Positions 1-9,193 of a stretch of DNA of 64,000 bases are shown in pieces. Position numbers and translations under genes: made by a program. The notes beneath the pieces were generated by a model. That model saw only the letters and a program-made list of their open reading frames with translations, had not been told where the DNA came from and did no database searches. Position 1 is the stretch's first letter, and each line of letters starts with the position of its first letter. Source of the stretch: a bacterium (GTDB lineage Bacteria > UBA8248); assembly GCA_965207065.1 (NCBI GenBank), contig OZ242260.1:4128001-4192000 (forward strand), given 5' to 3'.

Positions 1-1
1 G

Positions 2-499
2 CCTGAAGAACTCCAGAGAGCGGCGGATGAAGCGAGTATTGATTTCGGCATCGACAATGTAGCGCTCGTTCAGGAATACATCCCGCCGCGTGGAGAGCAA
101 ATTGTCCGTGTCGAGGTTTTGAATAGTAAGTTTTTATATGCGATCCAACTGGCTTTGGTGGATCCGAACTCGTTTAATCTCTGCCCGGGCAGTTATTGCC
201 GCCGCAACGAGGAAATTGCATGCGGCGTGAACGGCAGGAGCGCGTTGATTGAGAAGGTCACACCCCCTCAAGAAGTAATTGAAACGGTCGAGAAAATCAT
301 GCAAACAGCCGGCATAGAGATCGGCGGCGTCGAATATCTGGTCAGCGATAAGGATGGGGAAATATATTATTACGACATAAATGCGCTCTCCAATTTCGTG
401 GACGATGCGCAAAATGTGATCGGTTTCGACCCCTGGCCGATGATGGCCGACTTCATCCTTGATCGCGCGCAGCACCCAGCTTCTACACTAAGTGTTTAA
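2..499 (+). CDS. ATP-grasp ligase (RimK/glutathione synthetase-like), 5'-partial
   Basis: Frame is open from base 2 (PEELQRAADE...LVQEYIPPRGEQIVRVEVL) and carries ATP-grasp motifs LVQEYI, GGVEYL and YYYDINALSNF. Confidence 0.75.
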   Translation, partial: PEELQRAADEASIDFGIDNVALVQEYIPPRGEQIVRVEVLNSKFLYAIQLALVDPNSFNLCPGSYCRRNEEIACGVNGRSALIEKVTPPQEVIETVEKIMQTAGIEIGGVEYLVSDKDGEIYYYDINALSNFVDDAQNVIGFDPWPMMADFILDRAQHPASTLSV

Positions 500-551
500 C
501 GCTTTGAACCAAAGCGCTATGATGGGCCTTCATACTTCTCTATAATGTGGT

Positions 552-1448
552 GTGTTTGAAACAGCCGCCGTATACGCACTCATATCAGCAGTTCTGCTTG
601 CGCTAAGGGATATTTTCGGTCGCTTTGCGGTTCGTGGCATAGACCCCATCACCGGAACGGCCTTTACCGCCATCATCGGCCTACCCGTTCTCTGGTTTGT
701 GTCCGCTGTGAGGGGGGATTTTTCAGACCCTTGGCCGGGCTTGGGCTGGCCTCTTCTCTTCATCGCCATCGCGGGAATTTTCAGGGTCTGCTTTGCGCGC
801 ACCATGCTATTTGCCGCCACGCAACACATCGGGTCCGCGCGCACGAGCACCATCGTAGCGACGAATCTGATTTTCGCCGTAATCTTCGGCATCATCTTTC
901 TGGGAGAGGCGCTTACATTCACAATTGGAATGGGCGCCTTTCTGGTGTTTGTCGGATATCTTTTCATCGCCAGGAGCCACACCAATCACAAGCGTGGAGG
1001 ATCCCAAAATTTCCCGTATGTCGGAATGGGACTGGCACTCGGCTGTGCACTGGCCTTCGGAGCGGCCGCGGTGCTTGTGCGCCCGGCGGTGGGGTTCTTC
1101 ACCTCCGCCAACGAGGCGAACTTTTATTCCAACACTTTCGCGGTAGCGGCCTTTATGCCTTTCCTTTTCCGTAAAGGAAAAATTAACGAAATCAAAAGCT
1201 GGACTCCGAGCAACTGGAGGTTTCTCGTTCTGGCCGGTCTATCCGCGAGTCTCGGCGTTACGTTTCTATATCTCGCGCTGGCGAACGCTCCCGTCGTCTA
1301 CGCATTTCCCATCTCACAATCAAGGCCTTTGTTCGTTATTGCGATATCATGGGTATTCCTCCAGTCTGAAGAGAGAATGAACTGGCGGGTAGTGGCGGGC
1401 GCGCTCGCCATTTTTACGGGCACAGTTACCCTGATTTTCAACGGATAA
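552..1448 (+). CDS. DMT/EamA family transporter
   Basis: 298 aa, about 10 hydrophobic helices in two EamA-like halves (IFLGEALT; VFLQSEERM). Confidence 0.85.
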   Translation: MFETAAVYALISAVLLALRDIFGRFAVRGIDPITGTAFTAIIGLPVLWFVSAVRGDFSDPWPGLGWPLLFIAIAGIFRVCFARTMLFAATQHIGSARTSTIVATNLIFAVIFGIIFLGEALTFTIGMGAFLVFVGYLFIARSHTNHKRGGSQNFPYVGMGLALGCALAFGAAAVLVRPAVGFFTSANEANFYSNTFAVAAFMPFLFRKGKINEIKSWTPSNWRFLVLAGLSASLGVTFLYLALANAPVVYAFPISQSRPLFVIAISWVFLQSEERMNWRVVAGALAIFTGTVTLIFNG

Positions 1449-1615
1449 GGCATTTTCGCAGCTTCACGAACAACCTCTGGAATCAACCTTTCATTTCCAG
1501 CCGAAAATCGCATGTGGCTCCGGGAGGAGAAAAAACAAGTTGCGGAAGACCATGCCTTGGGCTAAAGTTGAATAAAAATACCTAGTTGCCCCTCCATCAA
1601 GGAGAATTCCACGAC

Positions 1616-1954
1616 ATGATGAACATTGGGGAAGAAAAAGCGGATTCTGTGGTCATCGTTGCGATTGAGGGACGTGTCGACGGCACCACCGCCCCGGAAC
1701 TGGAAAACCGGATTTTGGAAGTCGTCGATCGTGGTGATGTGAATGTCTTACTTGATTGTGCAGGTATGACATATGTCAGTAGCGCCGGGCTGCGCATTTT
1801 TCTCACTAGCGCCAGAAAATGCCAGCAGAGCGGGGGCAGGTTGATGATCTGCTCGCTGCAGCCCGATTGCAAGACAGTTATAGAAACCAGCGGTTTCCAT
1901 ACCGTCATCGATTGCCACGACAATCGTGAGGCAGCCCTCGCGACGGTTTCATAA
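1616..1954 (+). CDS. STAS-domain anti-sigma factor antagonist
   Basis: GRVDGTTAPELE and LDCAGMTYVSSAGLRIFL motifs; AAGGAG RBS upstream of ATG 1616. Confidence 0.9.
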   Translation: MMNIGEEKADSVVIVAIEGRVDGTTAPELENRILEVVDRGDVNVLLDCAGMTYVSSAGLRIFLTSARKCQQSGGRLMICSLQPDCKTVIETSGFHTVIDCHDNREAALATVS

Positions 1955-1965
1955 AGGAGTGCTCC

Positions 1966-2619
1966 ATGCTGACATTTGTCGATGAAATCCTATTGCTGAT
2001 GCTGGATGACGAGAAAGGTTCGTTCCTCCCCATTCGCGAAAGCACGATGGGATATGTGCTCGCGGGCGCCGTACTCATGGATCTGGCGTTTGCAAACCGC
2101 ATCGACACCGACCCCAGCCAGTTGATGGTTCTGGACAAAACCCCGATTGGCCACTCGCCGCATGACCGGATTCTCGAAAACATTACGACTTCCAACGAAA
2201 CCAGGGACACCAAGGCTTGGATCGAAACGATTTCCCGTGAGGCCAGTGAAATCCGCGAGCAGTCCCTCGCTAGCTTGGTCGATACCGGCATTCTGGAATC
2301 CCAGGAGGAAAAGTTCCTGTGGGTCTTCCGGGCGCGGAGATATCCGACGATCGATGGCCGCGCCGAGCGCGAAGTAAAGCTGCGCATTACGGGTGTGTTG
2401 CTATCGGATGAAACTCCGGACCCCAAAGATGTTGCTATTATCTGCCTTGCCGATGCGTGCAATATCCTGCGCGACGTGTTTTCCGAAAGGGAGATCAATC
2501 GGATCCGTCCCCGTATCGATCAGATCCGCAAGCTGGATCTCATCGGTCGTGAAGTCAGTGGAGCGATTCAGGAAATTGAACAAGCGATAATGGCGGCGAT
2601 GACGCATGCCCACCACTAA
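1966..2619 (+). CDS. GPP34 (GOLPH3/Vps74-like) family protein
   Basis: MLTFVDEILLLMLDDEKG, LAGAVLMDLAFANRID and KFLWVFRARRYP motifs typical of bacterial GPP34 proteins. Confidence 0.8.
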   Translation: MLTFVDEILLLMLDDEKGSFLPIRESTMGYVLAGAVLMDLAFANRIDTDPSQLMVLDKTPIGHSPHDRILENITTSNETRDTKAWIETISREASEIREQSLASLVDTGILESQEEKFLWVFRARRYPTIDGRAEREVKLRITGVLLSDETPDPKDVAIICLADACNILRDVFSEREINRIRPRIDQIRKLDLIGREVSGAIQEIEQAIMAAMTHAHH

Positions 2620-2750
2620 TCGTCAGGAAATTTAACCGCCTTCTGATGAGAAGGACACAGGAACTTATTTTATAGACGGTCGATGAGAAATAGGCTTTCC
2701 ATTTCACTTAACCACAAGCGTCATGCGCGAATGTGCCACGTGCCTCTTGC

Positions 2751-3218
2751 CTAAATACTTCCGTTATCCCGCCTGCGCACCAAATTCACGGAGCGTATAG
2801 AAAGCACCAGTTCATTATCCTGGTTGAAAGTCTTGAAATCCATGAGGACAATCCCGCGTTCAGGCTCCGAGCGGGACGCTCTTGTCTCGATGACTTCCGC
2901 TTCGACCCGCAATGTGTCGCCAGGACGAACGGGCTTCACCCAGCGGATGGAATCCATGCCGGGTGAACCCATGCCCGTGGTCCCGATGACGCCCGTATCG
3001 ATGAACAGACGAAACGAGGTTCCGATCGTATGGAACCCACTGGCGATAATGCCGCCGTATGGAGACTCGGCAGCCGCAATCTCATCGATATGGAACGGCT
3101 GCGGGTCGTACAGTTCGGCGAATTCTATGATTTCTTCTGCGGATAGCGTTTTTTCTTTCGTGTGAATTTTTTCGCCGACCCTGAAATCCTCAAAATATTT
3201 TTCTTCCATCAAAGACAT
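2751..3218 (-). CDS. MaoC family dehydratase
   Basis: YFEDFRVGE, DPQPFHIDE, IASGFHT and WVKPVRPGDTL motifs. Confidence 0.9.
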   Translation of the reverse strand: MSLMEEKYFEDFRVGEKIHTKEKTLSAEEIIEFAELYDPQPFHIDEIAAAESPYGGIIASGFHTIGTSFRLFIDTGVIGTTGMGSPGMDSIRWVKPVRPGDTLRVEAEVIETRASRSEPERGIVLMDFKTFNQDNELVLSIRSVNLVRRRDNGSI

Positions 3219-3233
3219 CCTTGAAGTCTCATG

Positions 3234-3632
3234 TTATCGCGAGGCGCCGGGGTATTTCTTCTCTGCTTCCTCGGCCCCTTGCGCCATGTTGTAATCTTCA
3301 TCCAACTCCCCCGTTCCGGCCGGGAATTTCACAGTGAAGAAAGTAGCTTCCCCACCGACGGCCCTGCTCCTGTGGTTCGTATACCTGGGGATGTGAATCA
3401 AATCCCCACGCTCCACGATTTTGTCTTCCTCATCGAGTATATAGTGCAACTTGCCATCCAGAATGAGCGTGAACTGCTCTTCGTTCGGGTGCATGTGCAG
3501 TGGGGGACCCTCCCCTTCCGGCTTCGTGACGATGCCGACTTTCATGAATTCGCCCACAACGCTTTTCGCCCTGACTTTGGGATTCGTTTTGCTGTTGCTC
3601 TCCTTCATTCCTTCAATTTCGTAAAAAGGCAT
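3234..3632 (-). CDS. Cupin domain protein
   Basis: HMHPNEEQ...GDLIHIPRYTNH cupin motifs. Confidence 0.85.
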   Translation of the reverse strand: MPFYEIEGMKESNSKTNPKVRAKSVVGEFMKVGIVTKPEGEGPPLHMHPNEEQFTLILDGKLHYILDEEDKIVERGDLIHIPRYTNHRSRAVGGEATFFTVKFPAGTGELDEDYNMAQGAEEAEKKYPGASR

Positions 3633-3661
3633 GCGTATTTATCTCCGTTTGTTGGAAAAAT

Positions 3662-4783
3662 CTATAATTCTTCATACTCACTGATAGACATGGGTAATGG
3701 GACCGGCTCTTTTCGTTTCGCGGAAACGTCCATCGCCATGGTGAGCAGGAGATTACTATGTCCGTCCTGCACGGTAGCGTGCGGCGTGTCGAGCCCCGTG
3801 TAAACGCGGCCGAACCAGGCGTTGGTTTCTTCCCGCATCGGGCCCCAGAGTTGCTCGAAAACAACATCTCCAGGAGGATAACTCGTCAGAAAATCCACAT
3901 TTCGCTTCACATCGGGCGTGTAGCCTGCCGGTTGCGCATTTTCACTGGCAAGAACCAAATCCCTATGCGTGTCGTCGATAGTGAGAACGCCCTCTGTGCC
4001 CACGATGCCGATTTCCAGGCTATAGACAGAGCCGGGCCAAACCGTCGGCAACGCCCATGAGATATTCATGCTCCATATCGTGCCATCATCAAAACTAAAA
4101 ATGCCCAAGGTCGCGTCTTTGGTGCCATAGGACGCGCCAAGCGCCTTATCCATAGAACGGGCATAGATTTCGACGGGCGTTTTCCCTTCCATCAGCCACA
4201 TGCAGATATCGAGGCTGTGCGTTCCCGAGACGACCATCGGCGTGAGTATGCCTCGGTATTCCGTTTTTTCCACTGTAGCGATGGGCACCAGACGGTTCAT
4301 GAAGGCTCTCGTAACGACCGTGGTGACGTCCCCCAGCTGGCCAGTGCGAATCTTTTCCTTGGCGACCAGAAATCTTCTTCTGAAACGCTGGGTATAGCCA
4401 ATTACCGCATCGAGCCCCGCATCTTCGATGGCTTTAAGTACCCGTGCCGAATCGGCCGCATTCGTAGCCAGCGGCTTTTCGATGAACATATCGTGGCCCC
4501 CATCCACAGAAGCCAAGATGGGGCCGACATGCTCGTTCTCTTCGGTGGCGATAATCGAGGCAGTCACTTCCGGCCGGGCCAAGAGTTCCTTGTAGTCCGT
4601 TGTGAAAAAATCGGCATTCGTATCATCGGCGAGTTTTCTCCCCACTTTTTCGTTGATGTCACAAAGGCCCAGCCACTCGACGCCCGGATAATCACGGGCG
4701 AATTCAGCACGAACTCTTCCGATAGTCCCGCAACCAACGATCGCCAGACCGATGGGCTTTCTTTTTCCATTTTCAGTGTTCAT
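3662..4783 (-). CDS. Gfo/Idh/MocA family oxidoreductase
   Basis: GCGTIG Rossmann motif, EKPLA, GYTQRF. Confidence 0.9.
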   Translation of the reverse strand: MNTENGKRKPIGLAIVGCGTIGRVRAEFARDYPGVEWLGLCDINEKVGRKLADDTNADFFTTDYKELLARPEVTASIIATEENEHVGPILASVDGGHDMFIEKPLATNAADSARVLKAIEDAGLDAVIGYTQRFRRRFLVAKEKIRTGQLGDVTTVVTRAFMNRLVPIATVEKTEYRGILTPMVVSGTHSLDICMWLMEGKTPVEIYARSMDKALGASYGTKDATLGIFSFDDGTIWSMNISWALPTVWPGSVYSLEIGIVGTEGVLTIDDTHRDLVLASENAQPAGYTPDVKRNVDFLTSYPPGDVVFEQLWGPMREETNAWFGRVYTGLDTPHATVQDGHSNLLLTMAMDVSAKRKEPVPLPMSISEYEEL

Positions 4784-4892
4784 TCACTACTCCCTGATAG
4801 GTACGATGAAATACTCATGATATGTGCTCCAGTCTGACTTCCTAATCAGCGGGGAAACATAACAGGCACGCAAAATCGCCATATAATCAAAA

Positions 4893-5255
4893 CTAGTCTT
4901 TGATCTCTACGCGAATTGCTTTGAGAGGTTTGTCTCCATGATTCTCGACTGCGTGCAAACCCTCTCTGCCCAACCAGAAAGGGATACCTTCTTTGCGATC
5001 TTCGCTGATGGCGCAGGGCTCGCCTTTCTCGTTGTAATAGGTGAGTTTCGGAAAACTCATGATGGTGAACACGCTCTCCCATTTGTGCGTGTGCTCTTTT
5101 TCCAGTTCACCAGGCTGAATCGTCACCCGCAAAACGCGAACCCGTTCGTTTTCGAAAATAATTTCGTGATTGTCAGGGGCCGCGATTACGGCATCCAACT
5201 CTTCAGACGTTCCGGGAATGTATGGAGGCCTACTTCCTGTAGCATTTTCGCTCAT
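4893..5255 (-). CDS. Cupin-fold protein
   Basis: FENERVRVL, EHTHKW and LHAVENHG motifs. Confidence 0.75.
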   Translation of the reverse strand: MSENATGSRPPYIPGTSEELDAVIAAPDNHEIIFENERVRVLRVTIQPGELEKEHTHKWESVFTIMSFPKLTYYNEKGEPCAISEDRKEGIPFWLGREGLHAVENHGDKPLKAIRVEIKD

Positions 5256-5290
5256 GTTCTAACCCTCCTATGAGATTACAATCACGTAAA

Positions 5291-6226
5291 TCATGTGAAT
5301 AATGATTTCGGCAGCATGGCGTGAACTCCTTTCACGCCGTTTACGATTTGAGTAACCCTCAAGTCAACGGCGAGGCTGCAAAGCGTATAAGCGTCATCCT
5401 TGCTCATGCCGCGTAACTCTCCCAGGAATTTTATCGTCTCCCGCAGCGCCATTTTGGCCGCGTTATCAAGGATCGGGTCGAACCCCATCAGGATATAATG
5501 CGTGTCGGTTTCTGCGCGGGGATTTTCCAGGCGCATGTCTTTTCTGACGATGATTTCCATCGTTCCCGAGAGGCCCGTTTCAATGGCCGTCAAACAGGCT
5601 TCCCCGTCTCCCTGGCAGCCATGTCCGTCGCCTACGGAAAACAATGCGCCATCGTTGAAAATCGGAAAATACGCTATGGAACCCGAGAGGAGTTCCTTGT
5701 TGTCCAGATTCCCGCCCCAGGCGCTTGGGGGATAACTCCCCACACGGCCTACGGCAGGTGGAGGTGCAACGCCGAAGTTTCCGAAATATGGCCTGAGGGG
5801 CACCTTGACGCCCGCACCCCAGTCTCCCGTTTGCGCTTCCAAATCGAGGTCCACGATTACGGTGCGGGTATACGGAAAATCCTCTGGCAATCCGCCCATC
5901 ATCGGCCTGATGGTGTTATATCCCCAGTCATACCGCGTCTTGACTTCATGGATGCGGACTTCGAGCACGTCCCCGGGTTGCGCGTCTTCGATGGCGACGG
6001 GACCCGTCATGATATGGGGGCCAAGCTCTTGGGGAACCCGTGCGATGATATCTCTCAAATTCTGGGACGCACGGTCCCCGAGTTCCGCCAGATATTCCTC
6101 ACGGCCCGATTCTGTATGAACCTCCAGCGTATCGCCCGAGCGAATGTTCATCACAGGCTCCAGAGAGGCGTCATAATAGCCCCAATGGATAGTGTCCGGG
6201 TTCGCAATCAATTCATGAGTCGCCAT
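5291..6226 (-). CDS. Acetamidase/formamidase family protein (copy 1)
   Basis: HIMTGPV, GGNLDNK and SVGDGHGCQGDGE motifs; ATG overlaps the TGA of the upstream paralogue. Confidence 0.9.
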   Translation of the reverse strand: MATHELIANPDTIHWGYYDASLEPVMNIRSGDTLEVHTESGREEYLAELGDRASQNLRDIIARVPQELGPHIMTGPVAIEDAQPGDVLEVRIHEVKTRYDWGYNTIRPMMGGLPEDFPYTRTVIVDLDLEAQTGDWGAGVKVPLRPYFGNFGVAPPPAVGRVGSYPPSAWGGNLDNKELLSGSIAYFPIFNDGALFSVGDGHGCQGDGEACLTAIETGLSGTMEIIVRKDMRLENPRAETDTHYILMGFDPILDNAAKMALRETIKFLGELRGMSKDDAYTLCSLAVDLRVTQIVNGVKGVHAMLPKSLFT

Positions 6227-7173
6227 CAACACACTCCTTCGTCAAGAATACTCTTCGGCAATATCGCATGAACGCCTTTTACCCCGTTCACAATCTGCGT
6301 GACGCGCAGATCCACCGCCAGGCTGCAAAGCGTATAGGCATCATCTTTGCTCATGCCGCGCAATTCCCCTAAAAACCGAATCGTTTCTCTTAGCGCCATT
6401 TTGGCGGCATTATCGAGAATGGGGTCGAACCCCATGAGGATATAGTGCGTGGGCGTCTCCGCGCGGGGCATTTTCAGACTCAAATCCTTTCGGACGATGA
6501 GTTCGATCCTTGCGGACATACCGCACTCCAGCGCCGAGAGACAACTCTCCCCGTCTCCCTGGCAGCCGTGACCATCACCTATGGCGAACAAAGCGCCATC
6601 CTGGAATACGGGAAGATAAACGCGAGAGCCGGCGATGAATTCCTTGTTGTCCATGTTTCCGCCCCAGATTCCCGGCGGAGTAGACGGAACACGGCCAAAA
6701 TCGCTGGGTGGAGCCACACCGAAATTACCAAAATAGGGCCTGAGCGGCACCTGCACGCCTGCTCCCCAATCCCCTGTATTCGCCTCCTTGTCGATTTCCA
6801 CGATTACTGTTCTTGAATACGGGAAATCCTCAGGCAAGCCACCCGCCAGGGGCCGGATGACGTTAAAGCCCCAGTCATAGCGCGTCCATATATCCAGAAA
6901 TCTCACCTCCAGGACGTCCCCGACCACGGCCCCTTCCAACGCGATGGGACCAGTGAGGATATGGCCTCCCAGGTCTCTCTTTCCTCGATCGGCGATGTCT
7001 CGCAAGCTTTGAGACGCTCTTTCCCGAATCGGAGATTCAAGGGTTCTAATCCCAGGTTCCGTGTGAATTTCGAGCACATCCCCCGAAGCTATGGTGAGAA
7101 CCGGAGAAAGACCGGCATCATAATAACCCCACTGTATGTTGTCGGGGTCTTGCGCAATCACATGTTCGGCCAC
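6226..7173 (-). CDS. Acetamidase/formamidase family protein (copy 2)
   Basis: HILTGPI, GGNMDNK and AIGDGHGCQGDGE; GTG start at 7173 chosen by alignment with paralogues and a GGAAGGGG RBS. Confidence 0.9.
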   Translation of the reverse strand: MAEHVIAQDPDNIQWGYYDAGLSPVLTIASGDVLEIHTEPGIRTLESPIRERASQSLRDIADRGKRDLGGHILTGPIALEGAVVGDVLEVRFLDIWTRYDWGFNVIRPLAGGLPEDFPYSRTVIVEIDKEANTGDWGAGVQVPLRPYFGNFGVAPPSDFGRVPSTPPGIWGGNMDNKEFIAGSRVYLPVFQDGALFAIGDGHGCQGDGESCLSALECGMSARIELIVRKDLSLKMPRAETPTHYILMGFDPILDNAAKMALRETIRFLGELRGMSKDDAYTLCSLAVDLRVTQIVNGVKGVHAILPKSILDEGVC

Positions 7174-7198
7174 TGGCGGCCCCTTCCAGAAATGGAAC

Positions 7199-8134
7199 TC
7201 ATTCGAACAATGATTTTGGCACCATGGCGTGAATCCCCTTGGTGCCGTTAACGATTTGGGTGACACGCAGGTCTACCGCCAGGCTGCACAACCTGTACGC
7301 ATCGTCCGGGCTCATGCCGCGAAGCTCACCCAGGAACTGAATCGTCTCCCGCAAAGCCATCTTTGCCGCGTTATCGAGAATCGGGTCAAACCCCATCAAA
7401 ATGTAGTGCGATTCCGTCTCCGCGCGTGGGGTCTTGATATTCATGTCCTTGCGGACGTTCATCTCGAAAGTGCCAATGAGGCCCATCTCGATTCCGTTGA
7501 TGTTCGCCTCGCCATCCCCCTGGCAGCCGTGCCCATCGCCTACTGAGAACAAGGCGCCTTCGTTGAAAACCGGCAAATAAATCGTCGAGCCTGCCGTGAA
7601 TTCCTTGCAATCCGTATTACCACCCCACTCTCCTGGAGGAGACGACGGTACACGTCCAAGCTCCGGTGCGGGCGCTATTCCGAAGTTTCCGAAAAAAGGT
7701 CCGAGTGGCACCTTGACTCCCGCGCCCCAGTCACCCGTTCCACTCTCCTCGTCAATCTCGACAAGTACGACTCTGGTATAAGGAAAATCCTCCGGCAGAC
7801 CACCCACCAAGGGCCTGAAGCCATTATAACCCCAGTCATAGCGGGCTTTGACCTCTTGAACCTTGATCTCCAGCACATCGCCGGGCTCGGCGCCCTTGAC
7901 CGCCACCGGACCCGTCATGATGTGCGCCCCGGGCCCCTGTTCCATTGTCTCCAGGATCCGCCTTAGATTTCCCGAAATTCTCTCGGGATGTTTTTCCAGA
8001 AAATCCTTGCGTCCAGATTCGGTTTTCACTACGAGCGTATCGCCGGAAGCAATCGTCAAGACGGGAGCAAGGGCGGCATCATAAAAACCCCAATGGCAAG
8101 TATCGACGGTGGTATCCAGTTCATGCGTGGCCAC
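7199..8134 (-). CDS. Acetamidase/formamidase family protein (copy 3)
   Basis: HIMTGPV, GGNTDCK and SVGDGHGCQGDGE; GTG start at 8134 or 8140. Confidence 0.9.
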   Translation of the reverse strand: MATHELDTTVDTCHWGFYDAALAPVLTIASGDTLVVKTESGRKDFLEKHPERISGNLRRILETMEQGPGAHIMTGPVAVKGAEPGDVLEIKVQEVKARYDWGYNGFRPLVGGLPEDFPYTRVVLVEIDEESGTGDWGAGVKVPLGPFFGNFGIAPAPELGRVPSSPPGEWGGNTDCKEFTAGSTIYLPVFNEGALFSVGDGHGCQGDGEANINGIEMGLIGTFEMNVRKDMNIKTPRAETESHYILMGFDPILDNAAKMALRETIQFLGELRGMSPDDAYRLCSLAVDLRVTQIVNGTKGIHAMVPKSLFE

Positions 8135-8301
8135 AAGCACCCCTCCCCTTCATTCACAGTGATACAAAAAATATCCTGGAAGGATATCGTCAGGCGTCCA
8201 ATGAATCCCCGGGCAATTATCATCCGGTTATATGTTCTGGATTCGCCGTCGACTCTATCATCCAGGGACTTGAAGATCAAAAATCCACTTGTTGAATATA
8301 T

Positions 8302-9075
8302 TCAAGCAAGAACTGCGTTCACGAGCGCAGGCAACACATTGCCCGTTTTTCCTTGAATCCGTATGTCCGCTTTGGCATCGAAGCGTGTGGGGCCTTCGTT
8401 CACGATGATGAGGCGCGCCCCTGCTTTTCTGGCGCGCTCGGGCAAGCCGCCTGCCGGCCTGACCGCCAATGAGGAGCCGGCAACCAGGAATACTTCGGCC
8501 GCTTTGGATGCTTCAACGGCTCTGGACAACTTTTCCGGGGACAACCCCTCTCCGAAGAAAACAGCATCCGGCTTCAGCAAGCTCCCACAATCTTCACATT
8601 TTGGTATCGCTTCGCCGCCCTGAACCCGCGCGTGCACCTCGGGACGAGGCAATTTCGCTCCACACCCCACACAAACACATACATGACTCGTTCCGTGCAA
8701 CTCCACAACCTTTTCCGGATCATGACCCGCTTTTTGGTGAAGCCCATCCGTATTCTGCGTCACGAGCAATTTCAGGTGGCCGTGCCAGGACAACCTCGCC
8801 AGGGCAAAATGCCCAATGGAAGGCGGGGCGTTTCGAACCAAGTTGTACCCATCCTGAGCCACCTCCCAGTAGCGCCTTCGTATGTCCTCCGAAGCGAGCC
8901 AACGACGAATTTCGAAATCCTTCGGATCGAATCGATCCCAGATCCCACCTTTTGACCTGAAATCGGGAATACCGCTTTCGGTGCTAATGCCGGCGCCGGT
9001 AAGGCACACGGTCGAGTGAGATTCCACAACCCATGCCGCCGCTTGTTCGATGAGTTTTTCCTGGAAATCACCCAA
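8302..9075 (-). CDS. Sir2-family NAD-dependent protein deacylase
   Basis: TGAGISTESGIPDFR, TQNTDGLH, ELHG, two CxxC zinc pairs, GSSL; start trimmed to TTG 9075 behind a GGGGAAG RBS. Confidence 0.9.
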   Translation of the reverse strand: MGDFQEKLIEQAAAWVVESHSTVCLTGAGISTESGIPDFRSKGGIWDRFDPKDFEIRRWLASEDIRRRYWEVAQDGYNLVRNAPPSIGHFALARLSWHGHLKLLVTQNTDGLHQKAGHDPEKVVELHGTSHVCVCVGCGAKLPRPEVHARVQGGEAIPKCEDCGSLLKPDAVFFGEGLSPEKLSRAVEASKAAEVFLVAGSSLAVRPAGGLPERARKAGARLIIVNEGPTRFDAKADIRIQGKTGNVLPALVNAVLA

Positions 9076-9193
9076 TCTTCTTCCCCGGGTTGAAATAAAT
9101 AATAGCAATAACAACAATGAGATGTGAAATTCAGCCGCCAATTGATGTATGGTACGCAAGAATAGAGCATGTGCAAACAATAAGTGATGAATC

